From the NCBI GenBank assembly GCA_947624515.1, contig CANQKN010000001.1, positions 5,811 through 69,810 on the forward strand: DNA of 64,000 nt. The letters run 5' to 3'. Below the pieces are notes generated by a model. The model worked only from the letters and a program-made list of their open reading frames with translations. It was not told where the DNA came from and did no database searches. The stretch is from an uncultured Bacilli bacterium (GTDB taxonomy: Bacteria; Bacillota_I; Bacilli_A; RF39; UBA660). A program made the position numbers and the translations under genes. Positions 1 to 8,557 of this stretch are shown here, piece after piece (position 1 is the stretch's first letter; each line of letters starts with the position of its first letter).

Positions 1-24
1 TTATAATGTTAATGAGGTGTGAAT

Positions 25-117
25 ATGAATAAAAAATTGTTAAAAGGAATGGCTATTTTTCTAACACTTGTTATGTTAGGATCTTTTGTAGCAGGAATTG
101 TTCTTTATTTTATATAA
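25..117 (+). CDS. Small hydrophobic peptide of 30 aa (MNKKLLKGMAIFLTLVMLGSFVAGIVLYFI); not in the ORF track
   Basis: ATG is preceded by GAGGTG at a 5-nt spacing. The product is one predicted transmembrane helix. The stop is followed directly by the hairpin at 116..152. Confidence 0.3.
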   Translation: MNKKLLKGMAIFLTLVMLGSFVAGIVLYFI

Positions 118-152
118 AAAATACTTTGATTTTTTCAAAGTATTTTTTATTT
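116..152. terminator. Bidirectional rho-independent terminator hairpin (aaaatactttga/tcaaagtatttt)
   Basis: 12-bp perfect inverted repeat with a T-rich loop and T/A tracts on both sides. It lies between the convergent small peptide gene and the 147..542 gene. Confidence 0.5.
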
Positions 153-542
153 ATTTTTACAAGATAGCTCTAGTTTTATATCATAATCTTGTACTTTGTA
201 GTTTTCTTTAGGGTAATATACAACGTATGTTTTGTCATAATCACAATTTTCATTTTCTAATTGTTTCTTTAATTGATCACTTATAGGAGTAATCACCTCT
301 AAGTTAGTAAGACTAATTCTGATTCCAGAGTCTTTATAATTAGGTAAAATTTCTTTATTTGTTAGACCATTATAATAATAATTTTCATAATAGTTTTTTC
401 CATAATCAGTTAAAAGTTCTTCTAAATCTAACTCTTCTACCTTTGGTAGTGTTTCCTTTTTTGGTAGAAATACCAATAAACTAATAATTATTAGAACTAA
501 AAGAATAATACCAATGATTATTAAATTTTTTTTATTTTTCAT
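147..542 (-). CDS. Hypothetical single-pass membrane protein (131 aa)
   Basis: ORF with an N-terminal hydrophobic helix (LIIIGIILLVLIIISLLVF). No recognisable family. Confidence 0.45.
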   Translation of the reverse strand: MKNKKNLIIIGIILLVLIIISLLVFLPKKETLPKVEELDLEELLTDYGKNYYENYYYNGLTNKEILPNYKDSGIRISLTNLEVITPISDQLKKQLENENCDYDKTYVVYYPKENYKVQDYDIKLELSCKNK

Positions 543-551
543 AATACTCTC

Positions 552-926
552 CTAATCTTTTAGAAAAAATGGTTTTAAAGTGATTTTTGTTTCTTTTGCA
601 GTATCTGTTTTTACAATTTTATATAATCCTAAATGATATTCTGTTACTGTTTTTAATTCTGTTTCTGTTTTTTTGGTACTTAGATACCAAATTGGGTCTT
701 CATTATTACTAATACGTTGCATATTAATAATTCCAATTCCAGCTTCTAATACAATAATTATAAATAAGATAATTGTTATGATATTAATAATTACTTTCTT
801 TGTTTTTTTCTTTTTTTTCTTTTTATTAGTGTTTTCTGGTTCTTTTTGATTTTGTAACATTGAATCTGTAATTTCTGAAGTTGTAGATTCAGTTGTTTCT
901 ATGTTATTTAAATTGTTTTCTTGCAT
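552..926 (-). CDS. Hypothetical membrane protein with a poly-Lys tract (124 aa)
   Basis: ORF with an acidic/polar N-terminus, a K-rich run (KKKKKKKTKK) encoded by a T/A homopolymer tract, and a transmembrane helix (VIINIITIILFIIIVL). Confidence 0.4.
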   Translation of the reverse strand: MQENNLNNIETTESTTSEITDSMLQNQKEPENTNKKKKKKKTKKVIINIITIILFIIIVLEAGIGIINMQRISNNEDPIWYLSTKKTETELKTVTEYHLGLYKIVKTDTAKETKITLKPFFLKD

Positions 927-1282
927 TTATTTTACTCCTTCCTATTTTATATCTACATATAATGTTAACATATTTAAAAAGAAAAGTAAATATTTATTCC
1001 ATGAGTTCTGTAATTACAGAATAGATTAACTCAGAAGAAGTTTCTATAAAAGGAAGGATGTTTTAGCATTTTTTATATTTTTTAGAAACTTTTCGATAGC
1101 AATCGTATTATTATCTTTTAAAAAATGACTTTTTTCTCTTGTTTCTCCAACATATATATTAATATCAGATGAGATAGATTCTAGTAGTAACATATTTTGA
1201 GGTATATGTATGATTGAACTTATCTATGTTCGCTATCCTTCTTATTTTATACTATTATTATTATATCTTAATTTATAAAAAG

Positions 1283-1303
1283 CAAAAGAGTGTTATTCAC
1301 TCT
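1283..1303 (-). terminator. Rho-independent terminator at the spoIVB stop
   Basis: Hairpin aaagagtg-ttat-tcactcttt overlapping the stop codon. It is followed by a T-tract on the minus strand. Confidence 0.45.
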
Positions 1304-2297
1304 TTTGTTCTCCTTCTTTTAACATTGTGGTAATAAAAATACCATATCCTTTTTGAGGATCATTAACTACTACATGGGTAACAGCACCAATTAATTTATC
1401 ATTTTGAATGATGGGACTACCACTCATTCCGGCAATTACTCCACCTGTTTTTTCTAATAATTCTGGATCTGTTATTTTAAATAGAATATTTTTAGTAGGA
1501 TTATTTTGATCAATATTTAGAATTTCTATTTCATAATTTTCTATTTTATTTCCAGAAGTAACGGTTCTTATTTCGGCTTTTCCTAATGTTACATTGTTGG
1601 GTTCCTCAACCTCAATCACGTTTTGGCTAGGAAATTTGGCTTCATAAATTCCAAAAATACCACTTTCTTCATTTGTACTGATTGTTCCATATATTTGATC
1701 ACTATAAAATTTGGCTTCTTTTGAACCAGGCGTACCATTTTCGCTTGGTTTAATACCGGTAACTTCAGATTTATAGATTTGACCGTCTTTGATCTCAACC
1801 TTTTTTAAAGTTGTTTTTTCAGCAATTTCATGACCTAATGCACCAAATATTTTTGTATTCGGATCAATATATGTTAAAGTACCGATTCCATTGATTTGAT
1901 CTTTTACATATAATCCTGTTTTATATACTCCGTTGGTATCTTCTTTTAATTCTAAGGTAGTAATCATTTCTTTATTGTTTCTTAAAAAAGAAAGTTCCAA
2001 GGAACCTTTTTCTTTTTCTTGATCGATTACGGAAATCATCTCTTCTACAGAAGATATTTCTATACTATTTATTTTGGTTATTAAATCTCCCACTTGTAAT
2101 CCTGCATCTTCGCCTATATACTTATCTTCTACTTTATAAAATCCTACTACCATAACATATTTTGAATGTACTTTTATTCCAATATTTTCTCCACCAAGTA
2201 TAACTTTATCTGAATAAGCAAATACTATAGATGGAAATAAAGTTAAAAGAAGAAAAGATAATATGAGTAGTTTCTTTTTAAAATTCATAAAAATCAC
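1293..2297 (-). CDS. spoIVB: SpoIVB-type sporulation signalling serine peptidase (S55) with a PDZ domain
   Basis: N-terminal signal/TM, PDZ-like segment (GLQVGDLITKINSIEI), and the S55 signature GIGTLTYIDPNTKIFGALGHEI with the catalytic Ser/His context. It sits next to nusB-xseAB as in Bacillus. Confidence 0.7.
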   Translation of the reverse strand: MIFMNFKKKLLILSFLLLTLFPSIVFAYSDKVILGGENIGIKVHSKYVMVVGFYKVEDKYIGEDAGLQVGDLITKINSIEISSVEEMISVIDQEKEKGSLELSFLRNNKEMITTLELKEDTNGVYKTGLYVKDQINGIGTLTYIDPNTKIFGALGHEIAEKTTLKKVEIKDGQIYKSEVTGIKPSENGTPGSKEAKFYSDQIYGTISTNEESGIFGIYEAKFPSQNVIEVEEPNNVTLGKAEIRTVTSGNKIENYEIEILNIDQNNPTKNILFKITDPELLEKTGGVIAGMSGSPIIQNDKLIGAVTHVVVNDPQKGYGIFITTMLKEGEQKSE

Positions 2298-2379
2298 TCC
2301 TTTTAAAAATCGACTACATTAGTATTATGGAAAATTTAAAAAAATATATATCTTGTAAATTATACCAAAAAAAGAAGAA

Positions 2380-2610
2380 CTATTCTTCGATATTAAATTC
2401 TTCTAATTTTCCATCTTCATTTAATATTTTATTTACTTTTTCTTCAGCATTTTTTAATTTTTCATCGCAAGTTTTTGCTAATTTCATAGCTTCATTAAAA
2501 TTTTCGATTGCATCATCTAAAGGTACATTTCCATTTTCTAATTTTTTTACAATTTCTTCTAATTTTTCTAAATTTTCTTCAAAAGTAAGTTCTTTTTCTT
2601 TATTTGCCAT
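2380..2610 (-). CDS. xseB: Exodeoxyribonuclease VII small subunit
   Basis: 76 aa. XseB-like helical motif LEEIVKKLENGNVPLDDAIENFNEAMKL. Lies immediately downstream of xseA. Confidence 0.8.
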   Translation of the reverse strand: MANKEKELTFEENLEKLEEIVKKLENGNVPLDDAIENFNEAMKLAKTCDEKLKNAEEKVNKILNEDGKLEEFNIEE

Positions 2611-2618
2611 AAATCCTC

Positions 2619-3884
2619 CTAATTTTTATTTATTTCGTTTACAGTAGCATCGATTTTTCCATCTGTTAGTTCTACTGTAATCTTATCTTTTATTTTAATA
2701 TCTTTAATACTAGTAATGACATTTTGATTCATTCTAGTAATTGTATATCCACGTTTAATGGTAAGAAGTGGGTTTAATACTTCTAATTTATTGATTAATA
2801 ATAAATAGCGATTTTGATTTTTTTCTAAATTTTGCTTTATTGATGTAATTATTTTTTCTATTTTTGTATTAAAATCCTCTTTCTTCTTAATTAATAAAGA
2901 GCTAATTACTAATTGAAATTTTTCATAAATAGTATCAAATTTTTGTTCTTTTATTTCATAAATAGAGATAGGGTTTTTTAAAATATAACTATTTTTTAAA
3001 TTTTTTACTTTTTCTAAATTATCAAAGATTTTTTGATGAATTGATTTTTGTAATCTAAGATTTACTTGATTTAGGTAATTGTAAAAATCTTTTTGATTGG
3101 GAACTGCCATTTCAGCAGCTCCAGTTGGTGTTGGTGCTCTTAAATCAGCTACAAAATCAGCAATTGTAAAATCGATTTCATGCCCAACAGCTGAAATAAC
3201 AGGAATTGGACATTCATAAAGTGCACGTGCTACATTTTCATCATTAAAACACCAAAGATCTTCAATACTTCCCCCACCGCGTCCTACAATTAATAGGTCT
3301 AAATTATATTCACTTGCTTTTTTTATTTGTGAAACAATATCTGGTGCTGCACTTGCACCTTGTACTAAACTTGGAAATAAAATTGTCTTAGTAATAGGCC
3401 ATCTTCTTTTAATTGTAGATAAAATATCTTTAATAGCTGCTCCTGTAGGAGCTGTAATAATTCCAATTGTTTCTGGAAAGCGAGGAATTGGTTTTTTCTT
3501 TGCTTGATCGAATAAACCTTCTGCTTCTAATTTCTTTTTTAATTTTTCATATTCAATATAAAGGTTTCCTATTCCATCTTGTTGCATTTCTTCGACATAA
3601 ATTTGATATCCACCAGTTACTTCGTAAATGCTAATTCGACCAGTTACCATCACTTTCATACCATCTTCTGGAGTAAAATTTAATTTACTTGCTTGATTAT
3701 AAAACATAACAGCATTAATGCGAGAGGTTTCATCCTTGATAGTAAAATATAAATGTCCTCTACTATGGGCTTTGTAATTAGAAATTTCACCTTTTAAAAA
3801 AATATGGCTTAAATTTGGATCTTGATCAAATTTGAATTTTAAATAACGATTTAATTGACTAACAGTAATATATTTATCTTCCAT
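2619..3884 (-). CDS. xseA: Exodeoxyribonuclease VII large subunit
   Basis: 421 aa. N-terminal OB-fold (YITVSQLNRYLK...GEISNYKAHSRGHLYFTIKD) and catalytic domain (VGRGGGSIEDLWCFNDE, SAVGHEIDFT). Confidence 0.85.
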   Translation of the reverse strand: MEDKYITVSQLNRYLKFKFDQDPNLSHIFLKGEISNYKAHSRGHLYFTIKDETSRINAVMFYNQASKLNFTPEDGMKVMVTGRISIYEVTGGYQIYVEEMQQDGIGNLYIEYEKLKKKLEAEGLFDQAKKKPIPRFPETIGIITAPTGAAIKDILSTIKRRWPITKTILFPSLVQGASAAPDIVSQIKKASEYNLDLLIVGRGGGSIEDLWCFNDENVARALYECPIPVISAVGHEIDFTIADFVADLRAPTPTGAAEMAVPNQKDFYNYLNQVNLRLQKSIHQKIFDNLEKVKNLKNSYILKNPISIYEIKEQKFDTIYEKFQLVISSLLIKKKEDFNTKIEKIITSIKQNLEKNQNRYLLLINKLEVLNPLLTIKRGYTITRMNQNVITSIKDIKIKDKITVELTDGKIDATVNEINKN

Positions 3885-3892
3885 ATTGCTTC

Positions 3893-4291
3893 CTATTCAT
3901 TTTCATGATATATCTCATCTAATACGGCATTAATCATTTTTGTAACTTTTTCATCACTATATTTCTTTGAAAGTTCTACTGCTTCATTAATAGCTACTAT
4001 AGGTGGAGTTTCGGTATATTTTAATTCATAGATTCCTAATGATAAAATGGCTTGATCTACTTTATTTAAACGATCCATAGGCCAACTATCTAAATAATGA
4101 TTTGCTAATTTATAGATATCTTCTTGATTTTTTAAAATGGTGTTAATAGAAGTAGTTACAAATTCATTTTCTATTTCTAATTGTTCTTTAATTAAGGTAT
4201 CAATATTAAATTCAATACTAGATTCTTTTAAAATAAATACTTGATAAAGAACTTTCATAATGATTTCTCTTAGTTCACTTCTATTTTTCAT
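3893..4291 (-). CDS. nusB: Transcription antitermination factor NusB
   Basis: 132 aa. NusB-like helical protein. Conserved position upstream of xseA. Confidence 0.8.
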   Translation of the reverse strand: MKNRSELREIIMKVLYQVFILKESSIEFNIDTLIKEQLEIENEFVTTSINTILKNQEDIYKLANHYLDSWPMDRLNKVDQAILSLGIYELKYTETPPIVAINEAVELSKKYSDEKVTKMINAVLDEIYHENE

Positions 4292-4358
4292 ATTTCATCA
4301 CCTTTTTATTAGTGTAACATAAACTGATTTAAAAGTCACTTGTTTTAATAAGAAAATG

Positions 4359-4390
4359 AAAAAGAAAGATTCAATTTTATCTTTCTTTTT
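4359..4390 (-). terminator. Rho-independent terminator ending the 7603..8451 / mutS / 4403..4993 transcription unit
   Basis: 10-bp stem aaagaaagat/atctttcttt with an 8-nt loop. T-rich tract follows on the minus strand. Confidence 0.5.
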
Positions 4391-4402
4391 AGAAAATTTA
4401 TC

Positions 4403-4993
4403 TTATTTTCTTTTTTCTAGTTTTGGATAAGTGTTTTCTGTTATTTCTCCATAAGGTGTTACTCCTAAAATTTTAGTAAATGGTCCTGTTTTATTTTCTA
4501 ATATAAATTCATTTAATTCCAGTGAAAGTTCATCAAAATTAGTTCCTTTTAGACTAATTAAATAAGAGTTTGTTAAATAATCATATCGCAAGCAATAAGC
4601 GGTTTTTGTAAATTCACTTATTTTTATACAATAATCTCTAATTTCTTTTGGAATTTGTAGTTCGTTTTGGTTTTTTCTTTCAATATTTGAGTATGCAACA
4701 GCAATTTCATAAAAGCCACAAGGAATTAATATTCCATTTTTATTAAACCAAGATACTTCACTTTCAACATTGTTTTGTTGTAAAAAATGAATACCACTAT
4801 CTAAAGCTTTTTCATAATATTCTTTATAGACAAGTATAATGTCCTGTAGATTATAATAAATTGATTTGGTTTTTGATTTCGGAATAACAGTTTTTAAATG
4901 ATTTTTAATTAAATCAAAATGCAGATTATTGCTAGTAGAAAATACTGGTGAGTACAATTCAGGATTTACTACTAAATTTGATACAAGATTCAT
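4403..4993 (-). CDS. Hypothetical protein (196 aa) directly downstream of mutS, where mutL would be expected
   Basis: ORF with no recognisable motifs. Appears co-transcribed with mutS. Confidence 0.45.
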   Translation of the reverse strand: MNLVSNLVVNPELYSPVFSTSNNLHFDLIKNHLKTVIPKSKTKSIYYNLQDIILVYKEYYEKALDSGIHFLQQNNVESEVSWFNKNGILIPCGFYEIAVAYSNIERKNQNELQIPKEIRDYCIKISEFTKTAYCLRYDYLTNSYLISLKGTNFDELSLELNEFILENKTGPFTKILGVTPYGEITENTYPKLEKRK

Positions 4994-5050
4994 AAAATTC
5001 CTCCTTTATTCCTTAAGCGCTTATATTATAAACTAAATTTTACAAAATGT

Positions 5051-7597
5051 CTAGTTTTTTTTCTTCATTTCGTTTTTTAATTCATATAGTATATTTAATG
5101 CTTCCATTGGTGTTAACTCTAAGGGATTTAAATCCTTTAATTTTTCCAAAACTACATTTGTCTCTTCCTTTGACTCTGTTTCTAAAAATAAACTAGTTTG
5201 AGTAAATGTTTCCTTTTTTACATTTTTATGTTCATAGATATTTAAAATTTCATTTGCTCTTGTAATTAATTCTTCTGGTAAATGTGCAAGACTAGCAACA
5301 TGAATTCCATAACTTTTATCAACGGCACCAATTTTTACTTTATGTAAGAATGTTATTTTTCCTTCTTCTTCTATCGCACTTACATGAACATTTTTTAAAT
5401 GAGGTAATGTGTTAGCTAAACTGGTTAATTCGTGATAATGTGTAGAAAATAAGGTTTTAGCTTGAATTTTATCATGAATATATTCTAAAATTGCTTGGGC
5501 TAGACTCATACCATCATACGTAGCAGTTCCTCTTCCTAATTCGTCAAATAGAATTAAACTATTGCTTGTTGCCTGTTGGATAGCCTGATTAGCTTCTTTC
5601 ATTTCTACCATAAAGGTACTTTCTCCACTAACCAAATCATCACTAGCACCAATTCTAGTAAAAATTTTATCAAATATAGGAATAGTACAACTTGCACATG
5701 GTACAAAACAACCTATTTGAGCCATAATTACAGTTATTGCTAATTGCCGCATATAAGTACTTTTTCCAGCCATATTTGGCCCTGTAATTAATAAAATATT
5801 GGTATCTTTTCCCATAATAATATCATTGGATACATATTCTTTTTTATTTACTTTTTCTACTACTGGATGTCTACCTTCTTTTATTTGAATTACATGTTCT
5901 TCAGTAATAGTTGGTTTTCGATAGTTATTTTCTTCTGATACAATTGCAAATGATAAAAGCATATCTACTTCTGCTAATACTTTAGAAATTTTTTGAATTC
6001 TATTGATATATGTTTTAGCAGTTTCTCTTACTTCTGTAAATAATTTATATTCTAAATTGATAATTTTTTCTTCGGCACCTAGAATAATATCTTCTTTTTC
6101 TTTTAATAAAGGAGTAATATAACGTTCACCAGTTGTTAAGGTTTGTTTTCTAATCCAACCATATTCTTCTTTGATTTGGGAAACATTTCCTTTACTTACC
6201 TCAATATAATAACCGAATACTTTATTAAAGCCAACTTTTAAGTTTTTAATACCTGTTCTTTCTTTTTCTTCGTTTTCTAATTTTAAAATGAAGTCTTTAC
6301 TATTTTTGCGAATATCTTTTAATTCATCTAGTTCTTGATTATATCCTTCTTTGATTAAACCACCTTCATGTAGACCAATTGGACTATCTGGTGAAATGGC
6401 TTTTTCTAATAATTGTACTAATTCATCTAATGATTCAATGTTTTTATCATAATGAATTTCTTCTAATATTTTTTTAATATTTGGTAGTACTGCTAAAGAA
6501 TTTTTTAACTGAATCATATCTCTAGCATTACTGTTTCCATAACTAATTCTACTAGATAGGCGTTCTAGATCATAAACTTTATCTAATTCCTGGCGAAGTT
6601 CATCTTTTAGAATAAATTCTGTTAGAAACTGTTCTATTACTTGATATCTACGCATAATTTCTTTTTTATCTGTTAAAGGATGTTCAATATTTTGTTTTAA
6701 ATAACGACTTCCCATAGCTGTTTTTGTTTTATCTAAAAGCCATAATAGTGAGTAAGTACGATCACGATTACGAATTGTTTCTACTAATTCTAAATTCTTT
6801 TTTGTATGAATATCAAATAATAAGCTTTTTTGACTTTCAATTAATTCTACTTTCTGTAAGTGAGATAGATCTCCTTTTTTTGTTTCTAAAAGATAAGATA
6901 ATAAATGTTTAATCGTAGTAATGATTCTAATATCTTTTATTTCTTCGAATAAATAATTATAATCATTTTGTTCATATATATTATCTCGAATGGTTACTAG
7001 AATATCGTATTGTTCTCTTAATAAATTAATAAATCCTCGATCGATTTTACTATTTACAATCACTTCTTTAATATTATAATTTAAAATTTGAGTAATGACT
7101 TTTTCAAAATCATAATCTACCATTAGAGCATAAGAATAACCAGTCGATACATCAATAAAACTAATTCCATAGCAGTAATCAAAATCATAGATAGTGCCGA
7201 TATAATTATAATCTTTTGAATTTAAATTATCATCTAATCTCGTTCCTTTGGTAACTACTTGAATAACATCTCTTTCTACCATACCTTTTGTTTCCTTTGG
7301 ATCAGTCATTTGCTCGCAAATAGCTACTTTATAACCTTTTTCAATTAGCTTATCCAAATAACTTTTATAGGCGTGATAAGGAATTCCACACATAGGAACT
7401 CTTTCTTTTAGTCCACAATTTTTTCCAGTTAAGGTTAATTCTAATTCATGACTAGCAGTAATGGCATCTTCAAAAAACATTTCATAAAAATCTCCTAAAC
7501 GAAAAAAGATAATCGTATCTTCATATTTTTCTTTAATTTCTAGATACTGTAACATCATAGGAGAAATCTTTGTTTTATCTACTTCACTTCGTAACAT
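5051..7597 (-). CDS. mutS: DNA mismatch repair protein MutS (MutS1 type)
   Basis: Mismatch-recognition motif GDFYEMFFEDA, Walker A GPNMAGKST and the C-terminal dimerisation region. The track start is GTG at 7606; ATG at 7597 has a GAGGTG ribosome binding site. Confidence 0.9.
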   Translation of the reverse strand: MLRSEVDKTKISPMMLQYLEIKEKYEDTIIFFRLGDFYEMFFEDAITASHELELTLTGKNCGLKERVPMCGIPYHAYKSYLDKLIEKGYKVAICEQMTDPKETKGMVERDVIQVVTKGTRLDDNLNSKDYNYIGTIYDFDYCYGISFIDVSTGYSYALMVDYDFEKVITQILNYNIKEVIVNSKIDRGFINLLREQYDILVTIRDNIYEQNDYNYLFEEIKDIRIITTIKHLLSYLLETKKGDLSHLQKVELIESQKSLLFDIHTKKNLELVETIRNRDRTYSLLWLLDKTKTAMGSRYLKQNIEHPLTDKKEIMRRYQVIEQFLTEFILKDELRQELDKVYDLERLSSRISYGNSNARDMIQLKNSLAVLPNIKKILEEIHYDKNIESLDELVQLLEKAISPDSPIGLHEGGLIKEGYNQELDELKDIRKNSKDFILKLENEEKERTGIKNLKVGFNKVFGYYIEVSKGNVSQIKEEYGWIRKQTLTTGERYITPLLKEKEDIILGAEEKIINLEYKLFTEVRETAKTYINRIQKISKVLAEVDMLLSFAIVSEENNYRKPTITEEHVIQIKEGRHPVVEKVNKKEYVSNDIIMGKDTNILLITGPNMAGKSTYMRQLAITVIMAQIGCFVPCASCTIPIFDKIFTRIGASDDLVSGESTFMVEMKEANQAIQQATSNSLILFDELGRGTATYDGMSLAQAILEYIHDKIQAKTLFSTHYHELTSLANTLPHLKNVHVSAIEEEGKITFLHKVKIGAVDKSYGIHVASLAHLPEELITRANEILNIYEHKNVKKETFTQTSLFLETESKEETNVVLEKLKDLNPLELTPMEALNILYELKNEMKKKN

Positions 7598-7602
7598 GAT
7601 TA

Positions 7603-8451
7603 TCACCTCTTTGGAAATTCAATAATTTTGGCAGGATTTTTATGACTTGGTATATCGTTTGCTTCTACTTTTTCTAAAAATAGTTCACTAATTCTTTCTT
7701 CGTTTTGACGATCTAATTCTAAATAAAAGTTAGTATAAGCGGTTGTCATACGATTACATAGATCATAAAATTTTTTAATTGCTTCTAAACCACTCTCTAA
7801 AATAATATAATACTGATTTTCTGGATTCGAATATTTCATATCATTAGTATCTAAAATACGAGAAGAAAATTCTCCATGATATCCGATAAAACCAACTAAT
7901 TTGGTAGCAATCATTTCTTCACCATCAGCATTAGTAATCATAATATTTTTACTAAAATAAGCTAAATGGTCTACTTCTTGAATAATTTCTAATTCATCGA
8001 AAAAAGCTGTTAATTGCTGTTCATCTTCTAAAGAATATAATGCTTTTTTATTGGTTGAAGTAGTTAAATAATAAAATTTTTCATCAATGGATGGTTCTAA
8101 TCGATAGTGGATATCATTTTTGGTATCGGTAGAAAAAACGCAATGGTATTCATTATTTTTCTTTTTAAAATGATAAAAATTGGAATCTTTTTCTTTTGGT
8201 TTTTTTAATTCTAAAATAATATGGTTTTTATCTTTTGTACAAGAATAGGAAACTAATGTCTGTTGTAATAAGGGTGTTAGAGGTTTTCCTTCTTTACTTA
8301 ATAAGCAGAAATAATTTTTAAAATGATAGAAAAAAGCTACCCAATAACTGTCACCAATACGATTTTCTGGTCCAAGGTAAGTTGTCATTGTTCTTTTGTT
8401 ATCAAATTTTATTTTAATCTTTCTTACTTCTTCCATTGTATTTCTCCTCAT
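7603..8451 (-). CDS. Hypothetical protein (282 aa) immediately upstream of mutS (5-nt gap)
   Basis: ORF with no recognisable family. Its TGA stop lies 5 nt from the mutS ATG. Confidence 0.45.
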   Translation of the reverse strand: MRRNTMEEVRKIKIKFDNKRTMTTYLGPENRIGDSYWVAFFYHFKNYFCLLSKEGKPLTPLLQQTLVSYSCTKDKNHIILELKKPKEKDSNFYHFKKKNNEYHCVFSTDTKNDIHYRLEPSIDEKFYYLTTSTNKKALYSLEDEQQLTAFFDELEIIQEVDHLAYFSKNIMITNADGEEMIATKLVGFIGYHGEFSSRILDTNDMKYSNPENQYYIILESGLEAIKKFYDLCNRMTTAYTNFYLELDRQNEERISELFLEKVEANDIPSHKNPAKIIEFPKR

Positions 8452-8557
8452 CCGTTTTTGGTAATTATTATTATATCATTTTCCTTGAAACAAAAGAAGT
8501 AAAAATGGTAAATTCCTAGATAATTTTATGAAAATAATATTGATTATGATAAAAAAA

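Noticed and set aside
1616-1798. 60-aa minus-strand ORF inside spoIVB
   Set aside because: It is an alternative frame nested within a well-supported gene, with no independent signal.
2327-2647. 106-aa plus-strand ORF
   Set aside because: It lies entirely antisense to xseB and the xseA 3' end. The product is a low-complexity Ser/Phe/Asn-rich translation typical of AT-rich antisense frames, and there is no ribosome binding site.
6724-6912. Short antisense ORFs inside mutS, ylbL, lepA, pheS, recD2, mtaB, relA, the ABC genes and copA
   Set aside because: This applies to the track entries at 6724, 9079, 14136, 16691, 19482, 22307, 27136, 28061, 34764, 34834, 36386, 38669, 38961, 46371, 48662, 50300, 51745, 52745, 53040, 53911, 54801, 55352, 55374, 56302, 56941, 57197, 60246, 62499 and 62597. 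All lie within or antisense to much longer, well-supported genes, and all give low-complexity products.
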